Shown here: in pieces, positions 38,578-47,734 of the stretch
Numbering within the stretch: position 1 is the stretch's first letter
How the letters are laid out: every line of letters starts with the position of its first letter
Assembly (NCBI GenBank): GCA_947479535.1
Contig: CANJZQ010000004.1
Span: 14,179-78,178 of the forward strand
Length of the DNA stretch: 64,000 bases
Source of the DNA: Oligoflexales bacterium
Lineage (GTDB): Bacteria > Bdellovibrionota_B > Oligoflexia > Oligoflexales > RGVZ01
Direction: 5' to 3'
The notes under the pieces: generated by a model
Database searches by the model: none
What the model was told of the DNA's origin: nothing
The model's input: the letters and a program-made list of their open reading frames with translations, nothing else
Position numbers and translations under genes: made by a program

Positions 38578-40706
38578 GGTTCACGCCCTCCGGATTTCGG
38601 AGAGCCGACGGTGCTTTGTGGCCTGCTGAATTCGACGTTATACGTTATGCCAGTTGAAGAAATGCTGGTATCAATCCGACGCTCCTTGATGTCGCCATCG
38701 CATTCAACCCTGATCGTATAGCGACCGGCAGGCAGCTTGATGGATCTCGACGATTGCTCCATCCTGAATTTTTGTGATGGACCATTGGTATCCGGTGTCG
38801 GTGTGATCGAGACATTTGCCGGCCAACGGTTGCTGGAAATCGTCAGGGTTCTCGTCGGAATGGCCCGATTTTCTCCGGCCGCCTGGGATTTTGATTCAGC
38901 GCGCTCCAGCGTGATGCTGCCAAGTGTGATGCGGTCACCCTTTGCCACTGAAATCTTTTTTACGTAGTCCCGATAACCATTGCGTCGCAAACTGATGGTG
39001 AGTGGACCTGATGTGACAGGGAACCAGCCGCTTCCCTCGCCATTTGCGCTGTCGAGGGTCGTTCCAATACGACGGTTGTTGATAAAAATTTCTGCAGCGG
39101 GCTGGGACGTGATCGACAGGCGCGCATTCCCGGGTGCTGCTTGTGCTGGAACTGCAGGGGAAACAGGTGGCGAAATCGACGGGCTCGTGGGCAGCTGTGA
39201 CGTGGGGCTGGGGGGAGCCATCGTTGGTGCAACGGTGATGGTAGTTGACTCTGGCCTGCCTGGGCTCCGGTCACGGTTTACCTTTCGGGGTTCTTTTTTT
39301 GCCGGTTTCACGGGAGCGACAGGAGATGCTGGCGATGCATTCTGAGGCAGGGTTGGTTGATTCAAGGCCGGTGGCGTTGATACCGGTTGTACGACGGGAT
39401 TGATTGTTGGCGCGACTGGTGCCGGTTCAGGTTTCGTTTGAGGGCGAGTTTGGACAACAGTGGATGTCTGGCTTTGCGTCGAATTCTTGATGATTTTTAA
39501 AATCCGGAAATCTGTCAGCCACAGGAATGCCATGAAGACGGCAACAGCGATGGATATCAGAACGGGAGCCTGGCTGCCCGAGTCCCGAATGAATGTTTGC
39601 CTGATCTGGACCGGGCGCACTTGGGGGCGCATGCCATGTTTCTGCCTGCGCGGTGGTGTGTTCGCTTTTGATTCATGCTTTTCAGCGGGCCGGATCAATC
39701 GTGGCTGGGCTGTCCGGACTTTGGTTTTTCTGCTGGATTCGGCGCGCTGTGTGAAGGGTGTTGCGGGCTCCCTGTCGGGCAAAGCTTCCTGTTCAACCGT
39801 ATTGGAAATCGGCTGCGGTGGTTGCGTCGAACCGCGCAGGATGTGGGATTCAAGTTCCATTGCGCTGGAAAAAACCTTTTGGGATGTCAGCCAAACATCA
39901 ATTGCGCTACCCAATTCAGCAACACTTTGAAAACGTGACTCCGGGTTCTTCTGCATGCAACGAACGACCATGCGGTCGATCTCCAGGCTGAGCCCATGAG
40001 TCCTGAATCTGGGAAAAACAAATTCACCCTTGGAAATTTTCTCCACGACGTCTGCACTGCTGGCTCCCTCGAACGGCAACCTTCCAGTCAGCAGTTCGTA
40101 GAAAAGAACACCGAGGCTGTAGATGTCGCTGCGCCCGTCGACGTTGCGTCCCTTGACTTGTTCCTGGGACATGTAACTTGGTGAACCCATGAACATGCCG
40201 GTCACTGTTTTTTTATGCTTCTGGGTGTCCTTGGCGATCCCGAAATCCATCAGTTTCAACCGGCCATCAGCGGTCACCATGACATTTTCTGGTTTGATGT
40301 CGCGGTGCACGATTCCGGACCGGTGTGCATGCTCAAGGGCGCGGGCAATTTCCCGGACAATACAGGCTGCAATGATCTCCGGCAGGTGTCGATTAGGCCA
40401 TGCCTGTTGCATGGATGCCAAGGTCGTCCCGTTGATAATTTCGGCCACGAGCCATAGCTGCTCCAGATCCGGGCCAGAGAAGTCATAGATGCGCATGATG
40501 TTGGGATGGTCCAACGTCGAAACGGCTTGGGCTTCCTGTTGAAATCGCGAACGGATGTCAGGATTGCGGCGAAGGTGATCGTGTAAAATTTTTATCGCAA
40601 CGTATCGCCCAAGCTTTTCGTCCAGCGCACGATAAACGTTGGCCATGCCGCCTTCACCAAGGCGGTCCAAAATACGGTAGCGCTGTCCCAGGACAGAGTT
40701 TCTCAT
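38574..40706 (-). CDS. Hanks-type Ser/Thr protein kinase with TM segment and periplasmic Pro-rich linker plus PEGA domains
   Basis: Kinase motifs GEGGMANVY, VAIK, HRDIKPEN, DFGIAK and SPSYMSQE. Has a TM segment VLISIAVAVFMAFLWL and C-terminal PEGA-like repeats. Confidence 0.9.
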   Translation of the reverse strand: MRNSVLGQRYRILDRLGEGGMANVYRALDEKLGRYVAIKILHDHLRRNPDIRSRFQQEAQAVSTLDHPNIMRIYDFSGPDLEQLWLVAEIINGTTLASMQQAWPNRHLPEIIAACIVREIARALEHAHRSGIVHRDIKPENVMVTADGRLKLMDFGIAKDTQKHKKTVTGMFMGSPSYMSQEQVKGRNVDGRSDIYSLGVLFYELLTGRLPFEGASSADVVEKISKGEFVFPRFRTHGLSLEIDRMVVRCMQKNPESRFQSVAELGSAIDVWLTSQKVFSSAMELESHILRGSTQPPQPISNTVEQEALPDREPATPFTQRAESSRKTKVRTAQPRLIRPAEKHESKANTPPRRQKHGMRPQVRPVQIRQTFIRDSGSQAPVLISIAVAVFMAFLWLTDFRILKIIKNSTQSQTSTVVQTRPQTKPEPAPVAPTINPVVQPVSTPPALNQPTLPQNASPASPVAPVKPAKKEPRKVNRDRSPGRPESTTITVAPTMAPPSPTSQLPTSPSISPPVSPAVPAQAAPGNARLSITSQPAAEIFINNRRIGTTLDSANGEGSGWFPVTSGPLTISLRRNGYRDYVKKISVAKGDRITLGSITLERAESKSQAAGENRAIPTRTLTISSNRWPANVSITPTPDTNGPSQKFRMEQSSRSIKLPAGRYTIRVECDGDIKERRIDTSISSTGITYNVEFSRPQSTVGSPKSGGREP

Positions 40707-40771
40707 GCGGGATGGATCGGTATAAGTTGCCGATCACTTTAGGTTTTTCAGGGCGGACGAAGCCGCGCGCT

Positions 40772-42226
40772 TCAGACTTCGTGGGGTAGAATATCGTGAT
40801 ATGACGTAAAACGCTTGAAAGGACTATAAAAACGCAAGTTTGATACACGGCTCGTGTAGATGCACGCATACGATTCAACCTGATTCGCAAACCGCGAGCG
40901 CTCCAGGCCCACTTTCATCAGGCTGCCCCACACCGGATGAACATTGGCTTCGCGTTCGGCGATGGCCTGCTTGATCTGCTCGTCAATTTCAACGAGCAAG
41001 GTCTGCTTTTCATGTGCTTTTTCCAGGAGTTTTTCGTTTTCAGCAAGGAGGTGCTGGGCCTTTCGTGCATCGCCCCGGTCCGTCGCAATTTTCGCCTGCC
41101 GAGCGTTTGAGGCAATCTTGGACCGCAAAATTTGCAGTTCCTCGTCGCAAACCTCTCGATCGCCAATCCTTGTGTAAACCGACTGAAGTGCCGGGCGGAG
41201 TTCTTCGAGTTTTAGAAGTTCCTTTTCAAGCTCTTCGACAACCAGCAGCGTTCGCCAATTGACCGATCCCTTTGAGCGAATGATGTCCCCGTAGATGTGA
41301 TCGCCGACATAGAGAATCTCGTCTCCGCGGAATCCGGTAAGGTGCTGCAGGAGTTGTGCATTTCCGCCTTGATAGATTTTTCCCTGCTCCAGCGAGGCCG
41401 CAGCAGCCGTCAGCAGGTTTGACTGGGTGACGACCTCGTAGAACGGCTGGCTGCCAGTGAAGAAGCCTGGTTTTCCTGAGCCGACAATGACGTAACGGAA
41501 ATACTGACGCCAGTCCGGGAAGTCAGAACTTGCCTCGCCCAAGAGGAAGGTCATGACGGCGTCGGTGTAAGGCCAGTTTGAATTCGTCAGAAGGAAAAGA
41601 TGCTTTCCCGCATCCATGGCACGGATGAGCATCGTTGCAAGATGCTTGTCGCGGATGAAAAATTTTTCCGGGTTGCGCAGGACCTCGTCTTTTATGCTGC
41701 CGTCTGCATGGCTTTTGTCGATGAATTTTCGAAGGTCCGCGTAGACTTCCCTAAACGACTTCTGGATTTTTCCGGGGTTGGAGTTCATGTAGTCAACGAT
41801 TTCAGCGAACAGCTGGACCTCGCTCAGTGCGAAGAACGAATCCATCGAGAGAAACTCGTATGCTTTGAAACTCTCGCTATTGTAGAGCTTGTGGCGCGTT
41901 TCCTTGTCCAGGCGGGTATGGCCATGAAACGCGGTTTTAACATACTTGTGGCCATCCACTTTGAGGATGTTGCCACGGTCCATGTCAACCAGCAGTCCGC
42001 GGATGAGAAATTCTGGTTTGAATTGCAGGCGCTCCAGTTCCGAAGGATATCCTGCATCAATGAATTTTTGCAGCGTCGCCCGGAAGGCCAATGCTTCAAA
42101 CGCCTCACGATTGTACATCGCAAGGGTGTGATCCATGTCAAAGCCAATCGCCCGGATGTTGCCCATGTTGAGCGACCGGTTTACAAAAATCTTCTGCCAT
42201 TTTTCAAGTTTGTTGCGTTTTGTCAT
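40772..42226 (-). CDS. HAD-IG family 5'-nucleotidase (cN-II-like)
   Basis: N-terminus IFVNRSLNMGNIRAIGFDMDHTLAMY (DxDxT). Later HAD motifs are LLTNS and YVGDHIYGD. Confidence 0.75.
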   Translation of the reverse strand: MTKRNKLEKWQKIFVNRSLNMGNIRAIGFDMDHTLAMYNREAFEALAFRATLQKFIDAGYPSELERLQFKPEFLIRGLLVDMDRGNILKVDGHKYVKTAFHGHTRLDKETRHKLYNSESFKAYEFLSMDSFFALSEVQLFAEIVDYMNSNPGKIQKSFREVYADLRKFIDKSHADGSIKDEVLRNPEKFFIRDKHLATMLIRAMDAGKHLFLLTNSNWPYTDAVMTFLLGEASSDFPDWRQYFRYVIVGSGKPGFFTGSQPFYEVVTQSNLLTAAAASLEQGKIYQGGNAQLLQHLTGFRGDEILYVGDHIYGDIIRSKGSVNWRTLLVVEELEKELLKLEELRPALQSVYTRIGDREVCDEELQILRSKIASNARQAKIATDRGDARKAQHLLAENEKLLEKAHEKQTLLVEIDEQIKQAIAEREANVHPVWGSLMKVGLERSRFANQVESYACIYTSRVSNLRFYSPFKRFTSYHDILPHEV

Positions 42227-42845
42227 TGGTCTTTGCCGTTAAAAATTTCAAGCCCACCTGGAGGTGCATTTTTCCGTTTTCATCCATGAATTTTCGTTGA
42301 TAAACGGCTTCCGCTGCGGACTCGGAGTACAATTTTTCTCCAATGAGTATCCTGACTTTTTCAATTACGCGTCCGGATACGAGCAAGGTGCTTTTAGCCC
42401 CGGTACGGATCGAGAAACCCGACGCTGACATGTCAAGAACTTGCTTTACCAGGACTGTCTCCTCATCCACTGGATTTGTGAATTCGCAGCGAACGTTTTC
42501 CTCGCTTGAAAAATTGAACCGCTCGTCGCTGCGTGTGTCGCTGATGGACTCAACTTTCGTTGCGTGAAAGATAAAATTTTTCCCGTCGCTCTCCAGCCTG
42601 TCGGATAAAATTCGGAGCAAATCAACTTGAATGACAAAGTTCTTTGATTTGGAAAAGTTTGAAATTAAACTGAAAGGCACTGTGTTTACAATGTTCAGCC
42701 GGTTGCCATCGACTCGCAAAATGCGGGATCCAAAGGAAATGGGCAGGCCTTCCCCGGCGAGGATCACGGGGCGGTTGGGCTTTGCGACCTCAAGTATTAG
42801 AGCAGCCATTTCCCCCGGAACGTTTTTGTCGCTGGACGAAACCAT
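42204..42845 (-). CDS. PilZ-domain c-di-GMP receptor candidate (YcgR-like two-domain layout)
   Basis: RxxxR (RSDER), then 28 residues later DxSxxG (DMSASG). The start is set 1 nt after the upstream stop; the longest ORF begins at 42926. The 3' end overlaps the nucleotidase start by 23 nt. Confidence 0.65.
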   Translation of the reverse strand: MVSSSDKNVPGEMAALILEVAKPNRPVILAGEGLPISFGSRILRVDGNRLNIVNTVPFSLISNFSKSKNFVIQVDLLRILSDRLESDGKNFIFHATKVESISDTRSDERFNFSSEENVRCEFTNPVDEETVLVKQVLDMSASGFSIRTGAKSTLLVSGRVIEKVRILIGEKLYSESAAEAVYQRKFMDENGKMHLQVGLKFLTAKTNDKTQQT

Positions 42846-42846
42846 G

Positions 42847-44622
42847 TCAGCGCGCCTCCTTGAAGAAAACGTAGTCCGCGAATCGTTCGCTGAGGCGTTC
42901 GACACGTTGTACGTTCGGAAATGCACGGGTTAGTGCAATCTGAAATTTGATCTGGTCAAATGTGTATTCCTGCATCGTTGAATTGTCGTTCGTGATGTAA
43001 AGCAGGCTGGTTGAAATCTGTGTATCGTCCTGAATGTTCCAGCGAATCCCGCCTTGGGTAACGATGCCGCTGTCATTGCGCATGCAGAGGGTCGGTTGAG
43101 TTGGCCCTGTCGTGGTACTTCCTGGGGTGGTAACCGCGCTGGTGTTGCATATTCCGTTTAACCGGGCACGGCCGAGGCTGTAGTGATCCTGGTAAAATCC
43201 GGCAAGGCCATTCAGGGAGAAACTCGAATTGATCCGGAAGTCGGCTTCGGCGAACGCACCAAGCCGGCTGAAGTCCATCCAGTAATCATTGAAGATGAAA
43301 TCGTAATGAAAAACTTCAGCCGACAAGTTCAATTGATTATCCATGAGTGACTGACTGTGGCTCGCGCCCACGCTGAAGGCAGGATTTCCGGATCCGCCAA
43401 GCAAGTCATAGGTCTTGTTGGAGAGATCTGGCGTTTCCAGATTGATCTCCTTGCGGAGGTACATGTACGCCGTGGTTCGCGATTTTTCGCTGAAACTGGC
43501 GCCAATCCATGGAATCAAGATGGACATGTCACTGATGTTCAGGGAACTCCGCAGGTCGCCTTCTTCTTCGCCAGAAAAAAACTCTGACCCGATTTTAGCA
43601 ATTTCATAACGCCCAAAGACACCGCCATCAAAACGGTCCGAGAGTTTTCCGCGGTAATCCCCGAACAGGGTGTGGCGGCGTTTCAACAGGTCGAACCGGA
43701 ATGGAAAATAGCGTGTGTTGAAGGGGGCGTCCAAGAACTGCTGCAGCCGGGTGTCGGTGGTGTAATACGTCTGCCGGTAAAGGTATCCGCCCGAGGCTGT
43801 TCTTGTTCCTTCGCGCCATGGCCCAACACCAACTCCGGCGTTTGCAGTCAGGCCATACTCGTTATCGCTTTTGCTCTCCAGTGCGGGGCCTTTTTGAGAC
43901 CCAGTCGGATCCATGTAGTCAGACATCAGGTACATGAAACCAGTTTGAACAAACCAAAAGTGGGGATAATCAAAAAGGGAGCGCCGGTTGTTGCGGTAGT
44001 AAAGCCTTTCCAGGTCTGGTTTTTCGATGCCCGGAGCCGGATCTGTGAAGCGTCCAGCCTGGGCTGCTGCCAGCAGTTTGTCGGCTTGCGCCCGGTAGCC
44101 ACCAGCCGGAAATCTTTGTGCGTAGGACTTCAAGAAGGTGATGGCCCTCTCGGCGTTGTGGGTTCTGTATTCCAGACTCGCCAGTTCAAACAGTGCCTTG
44201 CTTGCGGACTCGTCCGCGTATCCCGCGGCGCGCGTGAGCCAGTAACGCGCCGAACTGTTTTTGCCGGTCCCCTCGTATGCAAGGCCCAAGTATAGCGAGT
44301 TCAGCGATGATTCCCTGATCTTGCCGGCAGAGTAGAGCAGGGGTTGGATCGCCTTCGCGGGATAACCGCTCTGGTAGTAGGCGACTCCAAGGCGATGCCA
44401 TGAGGCGAAATCAAACCTGTTTTTCTGCAGCTTTTTTGTTAACGAAGGAATCGCTTGTGCGGCGATGGATGAGTCTTCCGCTGCTTGCAGCTCGTGGGGA
44501 TGACCTGCAGCCCCAGACAGGGTTATAATTAAAAGCAGCAGGAATTTTAGGTTTCGAGTCAACGGTTCTGCAACCCAATCAGGTGGTGCATCGTGATCAG
44601 AACACCCTGCGCCGGGATTCAT
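42847..44622 (-). CDS. Secreted TPR-repeat protein with a large C-terminal beta-rich (barrel-like) domain
   Basis: TPR-like helices (WHRLGVAYYQSGYPAKAIQ, LGLAYEGTGKNSSARYW) followed by ~380 aa of alternating-pattern strands. A TTG at 44562 would give the signal-peptide N-terminus TRNLKFLLLLIITLSGAAG and remove the overlap with the divergent gene. Confidence 0.55.
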   Translation of the reverse strand: MNPGAGCSDHDAPPDWVAEPLTRNLKFLLLLIITLSGAAGHPHELQAAEDSSIAAQAIPSLTKKLQKNRFDFASWHRLGVAYYQSGYPAKAIQPLLYSAGKIRESSLNSLYLGLAYEGTGKNSSARYWLTRAAGYADESASKALFELASLEYRTHNAERAITFLKSYAQRFPAGGYRAQADKLLAAAQAGRFTDPAPGIEKPDLERLYYRNNRRSLFDYPHFWFVQTGFMYLMSDYMDPTGSQKGPALESKSDNEYGLTANAGVGVGPWREGTRTASGGYLYRQTYYTTDTRLQQFLDAPFNTRYFPFRFDLLKRRHTLFGDYRGKLSDRFDGGVFGRYEIAKIGSEFFSGEEEGDLRSSLNISDMSILIPWIGASFSEKSRTTAYMYLRKEINLETPDLSNKTYDLLGGSGNPAFSVGASHSQSLMDNQLNLSAEVFHYDFIFNDYWMDFSRLGAFAEADFRINSSFSLNGLAGFYQDHYSLGRARLNGICNTSAVTTPGSTTTGPTQPTLCMRNDSGIVTQGGIRWNIQDDTQISTSLLYITNDNSTMQEYTFDQIKFQIALTRAFPNVQRVERLSERFADYVFFKEAR

Positions 44623-45486
44623 CTGTCCGGACCCAACGCCAGCAAGACGGCAGTGGTTGTGCTGCGCCCGTCAGGACGTTCTGAGACCAACGGAGAAACG
44701 ACCGGGTTTGAACTGCTGAGAGTATATGAAAAGATTGGCTCTTTTGGGAACTTGTTTTCTGATGACCGCCTGTTCGGGATCCTGACCCGGGAGGGTCCGT
44801 TTGGTTCGGTGTTCGTTGATTGTCCGCTGACAGTTCCTCCGTGTGTCGATTGCGTGCGCCCGGCATGCCCCGGAGTGATCCATTGTGACGATGTCGGTGT
44901 TGCCTGGATGCTGTCCGTGGCGGAACGCCCGGGTGCTGCGCGACAACGCCGGCGTCGCAAGTTCAATCCACAGGGCCAGAGGCTGTGGGATGTCCTCCAG
45001 TTGGCTGGGAGCCATCCCAAAATCCAAGATCCCACTTATAATTCAAACAATGCGCCTTTGGTTGTCCGGGCACGGACCCTGCAGAGGCGCTTGAATTCTT
45101 CCTCTGGCGAAACCGGTGTGGAACCTGTCAAACTGATGGAAACCCATGTCCCGATGGTGGTGGACAAGATTGCCCTGCACTGCGGAATATCGTCGGGATC
45201 GCAAGCGCCATCGGCAGCCTACCGGAACTTCGAGGCTGGACTTGGCTTTCGGCGCGCCCTGATCCAAGGCATGGTTGGCTCTGGGTTACTTGTCGACAGC
45301 GTCGCTTCTGAATTTCGAATTGTATCCCTGCATCAGTCGATCGAAGTTTTTCATGCGCTGATCACCGCCTGGGTTGCCTGCCTTCATAACAGCGGCAAAA
45401 CGTCCTCACCCGTTGACGGTTTTGTTGAGGCTGGTGGTGGATGGATTCATCTTCCCGAAACTGGCCTTTTGCCAAATATCCGCTGA
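44593..45486 (+). CDS. Hypothetical protein with a Cys cluster (CPLTVPPCVDCVRPACPG)
   Basis: GTG-start ORF on the same strand as and upstream of the PP2C gene. The N-terminus GIHLSGPNASKTAVVVL and C-terminus FHALITAWVACL weakly resemble RNase-H-fold DUF429-type proteins, from recollection only. Confidence 0.4.
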   Translation: MIRTPCAGIHLSGPNASKTAVVVLRPSGRSETNGETTGFELLRVYEKIGSFGNLFSDDRLFGILTREGPFGSVFVDCPLTVPPCVDCVRPACPGVIHCDDVGVAWMLSVAERPGAARQRRRRKFNPQGQRLWDVLQLAGSHPKIQDPTYNSNNAPLVVRARTLQRRLNSSSGETGVEPVKLMETHVPMVVDKIALHCGISSGSQAPSAAYRNFEAGLGFRRALIQGMVGSGLLVDSVASEFRIVSLHQSIEVFHALITAWVACLHNSGKTSSPVDGFVEAGGGWIHLPETGLLPNIR

Positions 45487-45630
45487 TTCTCCGTTCAAAC
45501 CAGCCGATTGAGTCAATCACCGCGGGCGTTTTGGACAACCTGGAATGACCAACACCGGCGAAACCTTCAAGCCCTCAAGATTCTTTCCGAAACCTTCCAT
45601 GTGAAGTGGTCGGGGAAGACCCTGGAGGCA

Positions 45631-46368
45631 ATGGTGCAGATCCGGATGGCCGGTGTCACCCATATCGGGCGTCGCCGAAAAAACAATCAAGACAGCCTTT
45701 TCTTCGATGAAGGCCATGGTATCGGTGTTGTCGCAGACGGCATCGGCGGGCGCAAAGGCGGAGAAATTGCTTCCACCCTTGTCGTTGACGGCATTCGTCA
45801 GGCATTTCTGGCCTCCGAGGTCATCCGTCATGAAGAGGTCACGCCTTTTCTTGCATCTGCAGTCGACACGGTGAATGCAAATGTTTTTGGATTTGGCCGC
45901 AATAACCCTGAATACGCGGGCCTCGGCTCCACGATGGATTGCATTTTGTTTTCTGGTGACATGGTTTACGTTGCCCATGTCGGAGACAGTCGCACCTACC
46001 TGTACGATGACGGACAATTATTCCAATTAACCCTTGATCACAATGTTGAAAATTTTGTCGACCGTGGGCTTGTTCACCGTGACTCACTGCAAGATCCAAG
46101 AATTCGCGGTGCTGCACTGGTGAAAGCAGTTGGATTGACCGCGCGGTGCGAATTAGACATCTGCAGGATCAAGCGTCGTCCCGGTCAAATTTACCTTTCT
46201 TGTTCTGACGGCCTGACATCCATGCTCGATGACCGCGAAGTTGCAGCACTTCTGGCAACCCATGGCGGAAATTTGCAAAAGTCTGCAAGCGCACTTCTCG
46301 ATGCCGCAAACGATGCCGGCGGCCGGGACAATATTACGGTGCTTTTAGCCCGCGTGGAGGGTCGCTGA
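45631..46368 (+). CDS. PP2C-family Ser/Thr protein phosphatase
   Basis: Motifs RRKNNQDS, VADGIGG, VAHVGDSR, SDGL and GGRDNITV. The start is uncertain (45631 or 45646; the longest ORF begins at 45508). Confidence 0.85.
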   Translation: MVQIRMAGVTHIGRRRKNNQDSLFFDEGHGIGVVADGIGGRKGGEIASTLVVDGIRQAFLASEVIRHEEVTPFLASAVDTVNANVFGFGRNNPEYAGLGSTMDCILFSGDMVYVAHVGDSRTYLYDDGQLFQLTLDHNVENFVDRGLVHRDSLQDPRIRGAALVKAVGLTARCELDICRIKRRPGQIYLSCSDGLTSMLDDREVAALLATHGGNLQKSASALLDAANDAGGRDNITVLLARVEGR

Positions 46369-47726
46369 TGCCGCGGGCGAAACTCTATCTAGTGCGTCGG
46401 GATCTCGAGGCCTTCACTGGTCCCGTAACGGCCGCAGAGCTTTCCAAGCTTATTGAACGCATGGCCGTTGGACTTCGTGATGAAGTTACGGGTCATTGTG
46501 GCCCCTGGATTTTTCTCGATGACCGCGACAAGCTTAAAAAGTTTTACTCCGAATTATTGCCCATTGTGCAAGCCGCCTCAGTCAGTGGCTGGTCGACCGA
46601 TGCCAATGAATTCCGTAACGAGCCAACGGTCAAGGGACCGATCATTCTTGCTAAAAAGAAACCGGACCGCCGGTTGATCCTGGCGGCCGCATTTTTTGGT
46701 TTGGCAGTTTTCGCAGCCATGGTCGCGTGGATGTTTGCCGGCTCTGGCGAACTGTCTAGCCGCATCATTGGATCTCAAATACCTCCGGCGAGCGAATTGA
46801 CTGCCTTGCTGCAAACTGGTGGTGAAAAAGAATTCGTTGCTGTGATTCAACCTCAATTGCCGCGGATCATTGATCGCGTAAACCGTAATCATGATTTCAT
46901 GGCTGCGTGGCTGCCCTTTCTTCGCGCCTACGCCTTTTTTGGTCCAGGCGAGATTGATGGATTTTCTTCGAAAAAACTGCGTGGCGAGAGTGGGGTTGCA
47001 GCACCAGCCGACTGTTCCGTCAAGGCTTGGACAAAGCGCTGGCATGATGCCCTCCCGTCGTTCAATTCAGTGGCGCTGGGCGGGGCGCTTCCTTCGGATC
47101 ATTGGGCGCGGTTGCTAGCCTGGGATCCTCATTGGATCAACCGCAGATCCCAGTCTGGCTGGATTCGCCCCCGGAACTTCTACCAGGGATGCGTTATGGC
47201 GGCAGTGCGTGCCTTTGACTCTATTCCGGGCGGATTTCCTGCTGATGGTGTCCGTGCGCGTCTTGCAGTTCTCTCCGCTGCTTTGGAAAATCCAGGGAAG
47301 GCGCAGGAGGACGGCTCGACAGGAAAAGCAAACGGTTCCACCAAGGCCACTGCCTTTGGACTGTGGACATGCATGGATTTGGCACGCAGCCGGACTGAAC
47401 TGGATCAATGCCTCGAAGCACCTTGGCAGAACCTGATGCAATCGGATTACAACCGGGAGAAATTTTACTGGTCGATGCTTCGTTTGGCTGTCAAGGCTCG
47501 CAGCACGGGAGACCAGTCCTCGTGGCCGCTGTTGCGCAATGATTTGCAGGCATTTATTTCCGGGCGGGACCAAAGTGATTCGTACACCAGAATGGATTAT
47601 TCCGATGAACTTCATTTTGTCGGGGCAATCAAAGGAGTTCTCCCTGCTGTGATGGACACAACTCCGCCGCCTTCCGGGCCAGTGAAGTCTTTCAACGAGG
47701 ACATCCAAATCGATCTCGCCCATTGA
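46368..47726 (+). CDS. Hypothetical single-pass membrane protein (small cytoplasmic N-domain, TM, ~320-aa outer domain)
   Basis: The start overlaps the PP2C stop (TGATG). Has a TM segment LILAAAFFGLAVFAAMVAWMFAG. I recognise no catalytic motif. Confidence 0.5.
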   Translation: MPRAKLYLVRRDLEAFTGPVTAAELSKLIERMAVGLRDEVTGHCGPWIFLDDRDKLKKFYSELLPIVQAASVSGWSTDANEFRNEPTVKGPIILAKKKPDRRLILAAAFFGLAVFAAMVAWMFAGSGELSSRIIGSQIPPASELTALLQTGGEKEFVAVIQPQLPRIIDRVNRNHDFMAAWLPFLRAYAFFGPGEIDGFSSKKLRGESGVAAPADCSVKAWTKRWHDALPSFNSVALGGALPSDHWARLLAWDPHWINRRSQSGWIRPRNFYQGCVMAAVRAFDSIPGGFPADGVRARLAVLSAALENPGKAQEDGSTGKANGSTKATAFGLWTCMDLARSRTELDQCLEAPWQNLMQSDYNREKFYWSMLRLAVKARSTGDQSSWPLLRNDLQAFISGRDQSDSYTRMDYSDELHFVGAIKGVLPAVMDTTPPPSGPVKSFNEDIQIDLAH

Positions 47727-47734
47727 GTTGCCGG

